DNA from: Trueperaceae bacterium
Lineage (GTDB): Bacteria > Deinococcota > Deinococci > Deinococcales > Trueperaceae
Direction of reading: 5' to 3'
Assembly: GCA_040905465.1 (NCBI GenBank)
Contig: JBBDRK010000080.1
Span: forward strand, 1-36,666
DNA: 36,666 nt
Below are positions 18,010 through 27,267 of this stretch, one piece after another. Position 1 is the first letter of the stretch. Each line of letters starts with the position of its first letter. Made by a program: the position numbers and the translations under genes. A model generated the notes under the pieces. That model was not told the DNA's origin. It saw only the letters and a program-made list of their open reading frames with translations, and made no database searches.

Positions 18010-19533
18010 TCAAGGCACCCCCTCGCCCACACCCGGAAGCACCGCCCGCACATAGGCCACGTTGCCGCCGAGTTGGTCGGCCACCAGTACCGCCATCGCG
18101 TAAACCGGTCCGCTGAACAGCGCCAGCGCGGCCAGCAGCACCACCGCGACACCGGTTATGCCGCTCATGGCCAGCGGCAGCCGAACGTGATGCACGGCGT
18201 CGGTCTCGCCCCAGAAGAACTCCCGCCAGACTTGGACGCCGGCGTACAGCAAGATCAGGCTGCCAGCCACGGCGATCACCGCGACGGTCGTCGCCACCAG
18301 GCCGCCGTTGCGGACCAGCGCGTCGATCAGCGCGAACTTGCCGATGAAGCCGCTGGTCGGAGGCATGCCCGAGAGCGCCATCATGGCCAGGAAGAATCCG
18401 CCGGCCAACCACGGGTACGCCTCGAGATGGCCGCCGGCACGAAACCGGGGACCGGCGATCGCCTCTGCCAGGGCGGCGATGAGGAAGAGCGCGAAGATCA
18501 CCAGCACCGAGTTGATCAGGTAATAAAGCGCGGCTTCCAGACCCGCCTGACTGCCGATGAAGGCGCCTGCCAGCAGATAGCCGACGCTGGCGACGTTGGC
18601 GAACGAAAGGAGGTGCCGCCAACTCTGGCGGGTGATGGTACCCAATGCCCCGAACAGCACGGTCAGTCCGGCGCCGGCCAGCAGTACCAGCTTCAGGCCG
18701 TCCTCGGCGGGAAACAGCAGCGTGAAGATGCGGATCAGCGCATAGGCGCCGACCTTGGTGAGCAGCGCCGCGAAGAATGCGCTCACTGCCGCAGGCGGCA
18801 CCGGATAGCTGTTGGGCAACCAGAACCCCAGCGGGAACATGGCAGACTTCACCGCGAACGCCAGCGCCAGCAACGCGGCCACGGCCGTAACCCGGACGTC
18901 CGGCCCGTGCCCAACCAGGCGCTGCGAAATGTCGGCCATGTTGAGACTGCCGAACAGGCCGTAGGCCAGGCCTGCCGCCGCCACGAAAATCGCCGAAGAG
19001 AGCAGGTTGACCACGACGTACTTGAACCCTTCGCGCAACTGCGGCAGCTCGCCGCCCAGCAGCAGCAGCCCGTACGAGGCGACCAGCATGACTTCGAAGG
19101 CGACGAACAGGTTGAACAGGTCGCCCGTGAGAAACGACATGTTCACGCCCATGAACAAAAACTGCAGCAGCGCCTGGGCGCCATACGCTTCGCGTGCACG
19201 GTTGAGCAGCCCGCCCAGCCCACGATGCGGGGCACGCTGCAGGCTCGAGCCGGCGAAGGCCACCGTCAGAAGCCCGGTGACGCCCGAAAGCACCACCATC
19301 ACCGCCGACAGTCCGTCGGCCACCAGGGTGATTCCGAACGGCGCCGGCCACGAACCCATCTGTACCGCGAGCACCTCGCCGCTGACGGCGCGGGCCAGGA
19401 TGGCGATCTCGATCCCCAGGGTGAGGACCGCGGCGGCCACCGACAAAGCGCTCCGCATCCTCGCCCCGGGCGTGATCATCAGCAAGATCGCCGCCAGGAG
19501 CGGAACGAGCACCGGCCAGGCGACCAGGTTCAT
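18010..19533 (-). CDS. mrpD: Mrp Na+/H+ antiporter subunit D
   Basis: GDLFNLFVAFEVML.ASY, KSAMFPL.FWLP.SY, LTKVG.YA, PPTSGF.GK. Confidence 0.95.
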   Translation of the reverse strand: MNLVAWPVLVPLLAAILLMITPGARMRSALSVAAAVLTLGIEIAILARAVSGEVLAVQMGSWPAPFGITLVADGLSAVMVVLSGVTGLLTVAFAGSSLQRAPHRGLGGLLNRAREAYGAQALLQFLFMGVNMSFLTGDLFNLFVAFEVMLVASYGLLLLGGELPQLREGFKYVVVNLLSSAIFVAAAGLAYGLFGSLNMADISQRLVGHGPDVRVTAVAALLALAFAVKSAMFPLGFWLPNSYPVPPAAVSAFFAALLTKVGAYALIRIFTLLFPAEDGLKLVLLAGAGLTVLFGALGTITRQSWRHLLSFANVASVGYLLAGAFIGSQAGLEAALYYLINSVLVIFALFLIAALAEAIAGPRFRAGGHLEAYPWLAGGFFLAMMALSGMPPTSGFIGKFALIDALVRNGGLVATTVAVIAVAGSLILLYAGVQVWREFFWGETDAVHHVRLPLAMSGITGVAVVLLAALALFSGPVYAMAVLVADQLGGNVAYVRAVLPGVGEGVP

Positions 19534-19970
19534 TCCTCCTCCTCCCGATCGGGATCCCGGTCGTCAGGCGCTCCGGTCTCGGGCGAAACCGACGGCTGCT
19601 CGGGATCGGCATAGACCACCGGTGGTCGTACCGGGTCGGGACGTTCCACCAGCTCCTGGACATGGTCGGTCCCGGTAACCTGATAGGCCCGCATGGCCAG
19701 GACCAGCAGCAGCGCCGTGGTGCCGAAGCCGATGACGATAGCGGTCAGGATCAGCGCCTGCGGCAACGGGTCGTTATACGGCCCTGAAAGGTCGAGCAGC
19801 GGTGGGGTTCCCTGCCGCACGCCGGCTCCGGCCAGGAGGATAGTGAGGTTCGCGCCGTAGGAGATCAGGCTGAGGCCGACTATCAGACGGATCAGCGCGC
19901 GCGAGAGCAACAGGAACACGCCGGCGCCCACCAGCACCGCCGCGACGAGCGGGAAGAGGATCTCCATCAC
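19530..19970 (-). CDS. mrpC: Mrp Na+/H+ antiporter subunit C
   Basis: DPLPQALILTAIVIGF. Start is GTG 19970 or ATG 19967. Confidence 0.95.
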   Translation of the reverse strand: MMEILFPLVAAVLVGAGVFLLLSRALIRLIVGLSLISYGANLTILLAGAGVRQGTPPLLDLSGPYNDPLPQALILTAIVIGFGTTALLLVLAMRAYQVTGTDHVQELVERPDPVRPPVVYADPEQPSVSPETGAPDDRDPDREEEE

Positions 19971-20509
19971 TCCACCCGACCTTCCGTTGGTCCATCGACT
20001 GGTCCGTCCTCGGATCCATCGGCTGCCGCTTCCTCTTCCAGTTCTCGCTCCTCCGCGACCAGCTCAGGCGCCCTGTCCAGCCCCACGCGCTCTGGGCCGC
20101 TGTCTTCCGCCAGCAGGTCGATGATAGTGAGCGTCGCACCGACCACTACCAGGAACACGCCGGCATCGAACAACACCGCCGTGGCCCACTCGAACTCGCC
20201 GATCAGCGGCCAGGTGCGGTAACCGTAGGCACTCGTCAGGAAACCGTTCCCTGCCAGCATCGGAACGATGCCGGTGGCGATGGCGAGCACCAGGCCGACG
20301 GGGATAAAACGCATCGGCCGTACCGTCAACAGCCTCCGATTGCCCGACATGCGCACCAGCAGTGCGGCTACCGCGATGATCAGGCCGGCCACGAAACCGC
20401 CGCCGGGCGCGTTGTGTCCACGCAGGAAGAAGTGCAGGCCGATGGCTATCAGGACGAACACGATGGGCATGCTGAGCGTGCGGAAGAAGATGTCGGGAAA
20501 GCGGTTCAC
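19967..20509 (-). CDS. mrpB: Mrp Na+/H+ antiporter subunit B
   Basis: FLRGHNAPGGGFVAGL, LFDAGVFLVVVG. True start GTG 20509 overlaps the mrpA stop; the upstream part of the 583-aa ORF is an off-frame shadow of mrpA. Confidence 0.93.
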   Translation of the reverse strand: MNRFPDIFFRTLSMPIVFVLIAIGLHFFLRGHNAPGGGFVAGLIIAVAALLVRMSGNRRLLTVRPMRFIPVGLVLAIATGIVPMLAGNGFLTSAYGYRTWPLIGEFEWATAVLFDAGVFLVVVGATLTIIDLLAEDSGPERVGLDRAPELVAEERELEEEAAADGSEDGPVDGPTEGRVE

Positions 20510-22788
20510 GACTCGCCGGCTTCCTCGTCCGAGGAGGGCGCGGCGCGCAGGCGCAAGAGCGCGTAGACCGCCACTGCGACCACCGCCAGCACCGTAATTT
20601 CGCCCAGCGTGTCGTACCCCCTGAAGTCCACCAGGATCACGTTGACCACGTTGTAGCCGCCACCGAGGGTCTTGCTGTTCTCGAGGAAGAACTCGGCCAG
20701 TCGGGGGGCCACCGGACGCTGTACCGCCAGAAGCAGCGAGAACACCGTGAATGCCACGCCCAGCGCGATGCCGGCGTCCAGCAGGGCCAAACGGCGGGGC
20801 CGCAGGTAGTGACTGAGCCGCGGAAGGTAGTGAAAGACGGACAGGAAAAGGATCACCGTCACGATCTCGATCAGCAGTTGGGTGAGCGCGAGGTCCGGGG
20901 CCCGCAACAGCACGAACGCCAGCGACGAGCCGAACCCGCTCAGGCTCAGCATTATCAGCAAGGTGAGCCGCGAGCGTGCCAAGACTACCCCTACCGCCCC
21001 GGCCACCAGCAACACCGCCACCAGCAGCACCGGGGCCGTCGGAGTCGTCAGCGTGTCGGGCCAGGCCTGCCAACCGACGTAAACCCCGACGGCCACGGCC
21101 GGGAGCAGCAGCAGCCGCAGATGACCGGCGAACGAGGCGCCCTGGGTTCCCTGTATCGCCCTGTCGGCGAAGCGCCCAACGAAGGTGAGAATGGCGTAGT
21201 AGACGGTGTTGTTGTTCCAGTCGGGCGTGAGCCTCTGCTGAAGCGCGGCGAACCCGTCGCGCAGCACGAACAGGGCGGCTCCGAAGAACCAGGTGAGCAC
21301 GCTCAGCGCCAGCATCGGGCTCGGTCCGTGCCAGAGAGTGAGGGCGTGCGGCTGATAGCCGAACGACGGCGCCGCCAGCCTGGTGAACTGGGAGGCGACC
21401 GTGTCGTGCCAAGGGAAAATCCCGAAAAGCAATGCCGCGGCAGCCAGCGGGACTATCGGCGCCCAGAAGAGCGGCGCGGCCTCGTGAATCTCCGGCCGTT
21501 CCGCCCGGAACCGCCCGAAGAACACACTCAGGAAGCGCAGGCTGTAGGCGAAGGTCATTACGCTGCCCACGACCGTGATCACTATCGGCAACGTCCCCCG
21601 GTGAAGCATCTCCTCGAAGAAGAGCTCCTTGGAGATGAAGCCTCCCAGAGGCGGCAGTCCCGCCATCGACAGCGCCGCCGGCACGGCCAGCAAGGTGGTG
21701 ACCGGCAGTTTGCGCCAAAGGCCGGAGAGCCGCGAGATATCACGACTGCCCGTTTCGTGGTCGACGATGCCGACCACCAGGAACAGCGTCGCCTTGAAGG
21801 CGGCGTGATTGACCAGATGAGCGGTTGCGGCGAACTCGAAGCCCCCTCCATAGAGGGCGGTCAGGATCCCCAGTTGGGACACGGTTGAGTAGGCCAGCAA
21901 CGCCTTGAGGTCGGTCTGGCGCAGCGCCAGATAAGCACCCCAGAACATCGTCACCAGCCCCACGTACATCGTGACGTCGCTGAACAGCGTCCCCTGGAAC
22001 AGGAAACCGAACTTCGCCACCAGGATCACGCCGGCCTTGACCATCGTCGCGCTGTGCAGGAAGGCGGACACGGGTGTGGGCGCTTCCATGGCCGTCGGCA
22101 ACCAGAGGTGAAACGGAAGCTGGGCCGACTTGGTGAACGCAGCCAGGAGCAGCAGCACTACCAGCGTCGGAAACAAGCCACTGGAGCGAACCGCCGCGCC
22201 ATCCAACTCCGAAATCGTCATCGATCCCCCGGCGATGCCCAACAGCACCGCCGCCACCAGCAGCGCGAGCCCGCCCAGCGAGGTGACCAGCAGTGCTTTC
22301 ACCGCCCCGTCCTGGGAGGCCCTGCGACTGTCCCAGAACCCGATCAGCAGGAACGAGGTGATCGAGGTGAGCTCCCAGAACAGGAACAGGGCTATGAGGT
22401 TGTCGGCCAGCACCAGGCCGAGCATGGCGCCGCCGAACAGCAGCAGGTAGGAGTAGAACCGGCCGTGACGCTCGCCACTGCCCAGGTACGAGGCGGCGTA
22501 GAGCATGATCAGGACGCCGATTGCTCCCACCAGCAGGGCGAACAACAAGGAGAAACCGTCGGCTCGCAGGGCCAGGTTCAGGTCGATCGCGGGCACCCAG
22601 GCTAGAGACGCGGAGACCGGGTCGTTCGCCCGGGCCGCCGGTGCGTACCGTAACAGGGCAAGGGTCGGCAGGAACGCCAGGGCGAGCCAGCGGCCGGCGG
22701 CCGAACCGAGCTGCCGGCCCAGCCACGGGGCCAGCGCTGCCGCCGCGAACGGCAGGGCAACGGCCAGCAACAAAAGCGGCGCGTTCAT
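20506..22788 (-). CDS. mrpA: Mrp Na+/H+ antiporter subunit A
   Basis: FWELTSITSFLLIGFW, TKSAQLPFHLWLP.AMEAPTPVSAFLHSATMVKAG, NVVNVILVDFRGYDTLGE. Confidence 0.97.
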   Translation of the reverse strand: MNAPLLLLAVALPFAAAALAPWLGRQLGSAAGRWLALAFLPTLALLRYAPAARANDPVSASLAWVPAIDLNLALRADGFSLLFALLVGAIGVLIMLYAASYLGSGERHGRFYSYLLLFGGAMLGLVLADNLIALFLFWELTSITSFLLIGFWDSRRASQDGAVKALLVTSLGGLALLVAAVLLGIAGGSMTISELDGAAVRSSGLFPTLVVLLLLAAFTKSAQLPFHLWLPTAMEAPTPVSAFLHSATMVKAGVILVAKFGFLFQGTLFSDVTMYVGLVTMFWGAYLALRQTDLKALLAYSTVSQLGILTALYGGGFEFAATAHLVNHAAFKATLFLVVGIVDHETGSRDISRLSGLWRKLPVTTLLAVPAALSMAGLPPLGGFISKELFFEEMLHRGTLPIVITVVGSVMTFAYSLRFLSVFFGRFRAERPEIHEAAPLFWAPIVPLAAAALLFGIFPWHDTVASQFTRLAAPSFGYQPHALTLWHGPSPMLALSVLTWFFGAALFVLRDGFAALQQRLTPDWNNNTVYYAILTFVGRFADRAIQGTQGASFAGHLRLLLLPAVAVGVYVGWQAWPDTLTTPTAPVLLVAVLLVAGAVGVVLARSRLTLLIMLSLSGFGSSLAFVLLRAPDLALTQLLIEIVTVILFLSVFHYLPRLSHYLRPRRLALLDAGIALGVAFTVFSLLLAVQRPVAPRLAEFFLENSKTLGGGYNVVNVILVDFRGYDTLGEITVLAVVAVAVYALLRLRAAPSSDEEAGES

Positions 22789-22836
22789 CTCAGGCCCATC
22801 GCACGCTCGACAACGGCGCCACCTCGACGCACCCGC

Positions 22837-23880
22837 TCACCGGTCCAGCGTAAAGGCGTCTATCAACTCGATGAGCTCGAGGTACGCCTGTGGATCCAGG
22901 AAGTCCTGAATCTTGTAGCCGTTGAGGAACACGCTCGGAGTGCCGGTGAGCCGCAGGGCGCCGGCAGCGAGGTCGTAAGACTCCTGGACACGGTCCTGAA
23001 AACGTCCCTCGTCGAGGCAGGCGGCTGCCCCTTCGGTGCTGAGACCGATTTCGCCGGCCAGTTGAATGAAGTACGGCTGAGGCTCGTTCAGGGCCTGCCA
23101 GGCGCGCTGTCGTTCGAACAGCGCATCATGGAACGCCCAGAAGTCCTCGTCCGAGTTGGCGTCGGTCACGCACTCGGCTGCAAGCGCTGCCGGTATCGCG
23201 TTGGCGTGAATGCTATCCAGCGGGAAGTGATGGAACTCGAACCTGACGTCGCCGCGCTCCAGCAGCCGCTGCTCGATCATGGGCAACGCCTGACCAGCGA
23301 AGTTGGCGCAGAACGGGCACTGGAAGTCGCTGAACTCGCGGATCACAAAGCGCGCGTCGGCGGGGCCGATCGAATGGCGGGTCTCGGGAAACAGTTCGGC
23401 CGGGAACTCCTGCAGCGTCAAGTCGAAGCTGATGGCAAGACGATCGTTATCACCGGTGACGTCGAGCCCCAGGCGGTACTCCTCGACGCCCACCGCCACT
23501 TCGCCGCGGCCGGCTAGGTCAGCCGAGCGGGTCGCCAAGAACGTGCCTACAGGCTCGGCGATGGTGTCGCCGTAGCCGGTGCCGGCCGCGATCAGGTCGG
23601 CGAGGAAGACGACGTTCTCGTCGCTGAGAACCCCCTCGCCACTCAGCCGGTAGACCAGCCCACCCCGGAGTTCCAGTCGAAAGGTGAAGTCCTGCGCCGC
23701 CCGGTAGCTTCCGTCCTGGGAGAGACTCGGGTTGTAATCGGCGATGTCGGCCAGGAGGTCTTCCGCCGGCTCGCCGACGGCCGCGAGCGCGGAGCCCAGC
23801 AGCGCGCAGCAGGCGAGCGTCGCGACGAGCCGCCAGAAGGCTCCAAAGCCGGTCGCCGCTCTCTCGGCGGTCCGCCTCAA
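22837..23880 (-). CDS. Exported DsbA-family thioredoxin-fold oxidoreductase with N-terminal extension
   Basis: EFSDFQCPFC, HFPL..IH.NA, GTPSVFLNG. Signal-peptide-like N-terminus. TTG 23880 overlapping the upstream stop is inferred. Confidence 0.85.
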   Translation of the reverse strand: MRRTAERAATGFGAFWRLVATLACCALLGSALAAVGEPAEDLLADIADYNPSLSQDGSYRAAQDFTFRLELRGGLVYRLSGEGVLSDENVVFLADLIAAGTGYGDTIAEPVGTFLATRSADLAGRGEVAVGVEEYRLGLDVTGDNDRLAISFDLTLQEFPAELFPETRHSIGPADARFVIREFSDFQCPFCANFAGQALPMIEQRLLERGDVRFEFHHFPLDSIHANAIPAALAAECVTDANSDEDFWAFHDALFERQRAWQALNEPQPYFIQLAGEIGLSTEGAAACLDEGRFQDRVQESYDLAAGALRLTGTPSVFLNGYKIQDFLDPQAYLELIELIDAFTLDR

Positions 23881-25400
23881 TCCGGCGCCTCGGCCCGAGC
23901 GATCCCTCGGAACTTCGAGTTCAGGTAGCGCAGGTACGGAGCAGCGTCCAGCACACTTCCGGTTGCGCGCTCGAGCAGCTCGTCGGGCCGGTAGCGGCTC
24001 CCCTGCCTGTGAATCTGCTCGCCCAGCCAGTCGAGCAGCGGCCGGTGCTCTCCGGCCTCGATCAGGGCGTCCAGGTCGGGTATGGCGGCCCGCGCCGCCT
24101 CGAACAGCTGCACGCTCATCAGGTTGCCCAGGGTATAGGTCGGGAAGTAGCCGATGAGGCCGATCGACCAGTGCACATCCTGGAGGCAGCCGAGCAGAGC
24201 ATCGGGCGGGGTGATGCCCAGCAGCTCCCGGTACTTGGCGTTCCAGGCTTCGGGCAGCTCTTCCGCCGGCAGATCGCCGTCCAGCATCGCCAGCTCGAGC
24301 TCGAAGCGGGCGATTACGTGCAGGTTGTAGGTAACCTCGTCGGCCTCGACTCGGACGAAGCTCGGTTGCACGTAGTTGACCGCCCGATAGAACGATTCGA
24401 CGTCCACGCCGGCCAGGGCCTGGGGAAAGTGCGCCTGCAGGCGGGGGTAGGCTCCTCGCCAGAACGGCAGCGACCGCCCCACCAGGTTTTCCCACATCCG
24501 TGACTGACTCTCGTGAACGCCGAGACTGACGGCGTCGCCCAGGGGACTGCGGTCGAGTTCCTCGAGCAGGCCCTGCTCAAATAGACCGTGCCCGGCTTCG
24601 TGGAACGTCGCGAAGATTCCCGTCGACAGGTAGTCGGCACGGTATCTGGTGGTAATGCGCACGTCGTTGCGGCCCATCGCCTGTGCGAACGGATGGACAG
24701 TAGGGTCCAGCCGGCCACGCTCGAAGTCGTATCCGAAGCGCTTGACCTCGCCGGTCACGAACTCCTCCTGGCGACGCGGGTCGAACTCGCCGTGGAGCGG
24801 GGCGTCTGCGTTCCCGGCGGTACCGGCCGCCAGCGATCCGACCAGGCTCACGAGGGCCGGCCGCAACTCCGCGAAGAGGCTCGTGACCCGAGCCGCCGTC
24901 GAACCCGCCTCGTACTCGTCGTGAAGTGCGTCGTAGGGATGCTCCGCATACCCGAGTTGTTCGGCCTGCTCCCGCCTGAGCTCGAACATGCGCTGCAGAG
25001 ATGGTGCGAAGCGGCCGAACTCATTGTGGCGGCGCGCATCGAGCCACGCCTCCTGAGCCAGCGAACGAGCATCCGCCAGGTCCTGCACCAGCGCAGCCGG
25101 CAGCCGCACCGCCCGGTCGTGACGGCGTCGGCACAAGTCCACCAGTCTGGCGTCCTCGGCGCTCAACGCCGCGTCCTCGAGCCGGCTCAGCCACTCGCCG
25201 ATCCTGGGATCGCTCAGCTTCTCATGACAAATCGCGTCGAGCGCGGCGCTCTGGCGGCCACGCGTGACGCCGGCTCCGGAGGGTAGGTAAGTGTGCCGGT
25301 CCCAGGACAGCAGGCTGGCCGCCTGCGTGAGATCGGCGAGTAGTGCGAAACGTCGCTGGAGGCTGTCGAGCGCCTCGGCGACCTGTGACGGGTAGGACAT
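23877..25400 (-). CDS. M32 (Taq-type) carboxypeptidase
   Basis: HPF, DVRITTRY, HEAGH (HExxH), HESQ, RVEADE, QDVHW, GYFPTYTLG. Confidence 0.96.
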   Translation of the reverse strand: MSYPSQVAEALDSLQRRFALLADLTQAASLLSWDRHTYLPSGAGVTRGRQSAALDAICHEKLSDPRIGEWLSRLEDAALSAEDARLVDLCRRRHDRAVRLPAALVQDLADARSLAQEAWLDARRHNEFGRFAPSLQRMFELRREQAEQLGYAEHPYDALHDEYEAGSTAARVTSLFAELRPALVSLVGSLAAGTAGNADAPLHGEFDPRRQEEFVTGEVKRFGYDFERGRLDPTVHPFAQAMGRNDVRITTRYRADYLSTGIFATFHEAGHGLFEQGLLEELDRSPLGDAVSLGVHESQSRMWENLVGRSLPFWRGAYPRLQAHFPQALAGVDVESFYRAVNYVQPSFVRVEADEVTYNLHVIARFELELAMLDGDLPAEELPEAWNAKYRELLGITPPDALLGCLQDVHWSIGLIGYFPTYTLGNLMSVQLFEAARAAIPDLDALIEAGEHRPLLDWLGEQIHRQGSRYRPDELLERATGSVLDAAPYLRYLNSKFRGIARAEAPD

Positions 25401-25530
25401 CGCGTCTCCTTCTCAACCGTTCCAGTTTAACCGGGCACGCCGTTACGGCGCTCCGGCGAGACGCCGCGCGAAGCCGGCAAAGCGCGTCACGGCGCAAAAA
25501 CCGGCGCCTGCGGCGTGTTATCGTCGCCTC

Positions 25531-27267
25531 ATGAACGTCGAGATGAGCCGGGAGGCACGCGAACTCGTGGTGCGGGAACGCGACGCCATCTCCGACCTCA
25601 GAGCGTTGCTGGGCCGGCTCGAAGCGTCATCCGAAGACCTGGAAGACCTGCGAAACGCACACGAGGACCTCGAAGGGATCTTCATGCTCGTCGTCTGCGG
25701 CGAGTACAACTCCGGCAAGTCGAGCCTGCTGAACGCCTTGCTGGGCGAGACGGTGGTGCCGGAGGGCGTAACTCCCACCACCGACCGCATCACCATCCTC
25801 GGTTACGGCGAGGAGATGCGCGACACCGAAGAGTCGGGCTGGCTGATGCGCCGGAGCTTCCCGTCCGAGCTGCTGAAAGACCTGGCGCTGGTAGACACGC
25901 CCGGGACCAACGCGATAATCACCAGGCACCAGGAGCTGACCGAGCGCTTCATCCCGCGGGCCGACCTGGTCCTGTTCGTGACGTCCGCCGACCGGCCCTT
26001 CACCCAGAGCGAACGGGCCTTCCTGGAGCTGATCAGCACCTGGGGCAAGAAGATCACGGTGGTGGTCAACAAGATCGACATCCTCGAGAGCAGCGAGGAA
26101 CGCCAGAAGGTACTCGATTTCGTGCGTGAGCACGCCCGTGAGACGCTGCAGGTGACTCCACAGGTGTTCGCGGTCGCTTCCCGCAAGGCGTTTCGGGCGC
26201 GCAAGAGCGGGAACCCAGCCAACCTGGCCGGGACCGGCCTGCCCGAGCTGGAAGCGTATATCGAAGCCAGCCTCTATGGCGGCGAGCGCTTGCGCCTCAA
26301 GCTGCAGAGCCCGCTGGGCGTGGCTGAACACGTCGGCAGGAAGTATCTCGACAACATGTCGGGGCAACTCTCACTCCTCGAGGACGACCGCAGAACCCTG
26401 GAGGAGATCGACCGACAACGCAGTCAGTACGAGCGCGACATGCGCCGAGAGTTCGCCGGCTACCTGGTGCGGATAAAGACCGTCCTGGTGGAGGTGGAGC
26501 GCCGCGGTGACATCTTCTTTGACGACGTGGTCAGATTCGGCAACATCTTCAACCTGGTGAACAGCGACCGCATCCGCAAACAGTTCGAGGAGCGGGTCAT
26601 TCGCGGCGCCGATCGTGAGGTCGACAACGCCGTCGGCGAAACCGTCGACTGGTTCATGCAGCGCAACCTGCAGCTCTGGGAAGACATCATGACCTTCGTC
26701 AACGAACGGCGCAAAGCGGCCGAGGACCGGGTAATCGGTGAGGTCGGGGGCCGCTTTCAGTACGATCGGGAGTCGTTGCTGCGCAACCTCAGGGAGCGCG
26801 CCGAGGATGTCCTGCACACCTATGACGAGCGGGTCGAAGCCGACCGGCTCGCCACCAGCCTACAGTCCGCGGTAGTTCGGTCCGGCCTGCTCCAGGTAGG
26901 GGGCCTGGGCATGGGAGCGGCGATAGTCGCGTTCCTGTCCGGCGCAGCGCTCGACGTGACGGGGATCGCCCTCGGGCTTACCGTGGCCGGGTTGGGAGTC
27001 CTGGTCATACCCCGCCGACGAACGCGCGCCAAGAAGGAGCTCCACAACAAGATGCAGGCGCTGCGCGACGGTCTCGAGGAGAGCCTGGGCGGCCAGCTCG
27101 AGAAAGAGCTGCACCGGGCGAGCGAGAAGCTCTCTGGAGCGCTCCTTCCTTACACGCGCTTCGTCCGCAGCGAGCTGGGGAGGATGGACGAGCTCCAGGC
27201 GGATCTCGCGGAGCTCGTAGACCGAATCGCCGCGCTCAGGCGCGATGTAGTCGAGATTCGCGCCTGA
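25531..27267 (+). CDS. Bacterial dynamin-like GTPase
   Basis: G1 GEYNSGKS, G2 PTT, G3 DTPG, G4 NKID; long helical stalk; hydrophobic membrane hairpin near the C-terminus. Confidence 0.9.
   Translation: MNVEMSREARELVVRERDAISDLRALLGRLEASSEDLEDLRNAHEDLEGIFMLVVCGEYNSGKSSLLNALLGETVVPEGVTPTTDRITILGYGEEMRDTEESGWLMRRSFPSELLKDLALVDTPGTNAIITRHQELTERFIPRADLVLFVTSADRPFTQSERAFLELISTWGKKITVVVNKIDILESSEERQKVLDFVREHARETLQVTPQVFAVASRKAFRARKSGNPANLAGTGLPELEAYIEASLYGGERLRLKLQSPLGVAEHVGRKYLDNMSGQLSLLEDDRRTLEEIDRQRSQYERDMRREFAGYLVRIKTVLVEVERRGDIFFDDVVRFGNIFNLVNSDRIRKQFEERVIRGADREVDNAVGETVDWFMQRNLQLWEDIMTFVNERRKAAEDRVIGEVGGRFQYDRESLLRNLRERAEDVLHTYDERVEADRLATSLQSAVVRSGLLQVGGLGMGAAIVAFLSGAALDVTGIALGLTVAGLGVLVIPRRRTRAKKELHNKMQALRDGLEESLGGQLEKELHRASEKLSGALLPYTRFVRSELGRMDELQADLAELVDRIAALRRDVVEIRA

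Noticed and set aside
22837-24495. 552-aa DsbA fusion ORF
   Set aside because: The 5' part overlaps the M32 carboxypeptidase in another frame; the plausible start is TTG 23880 before the signal peptide.
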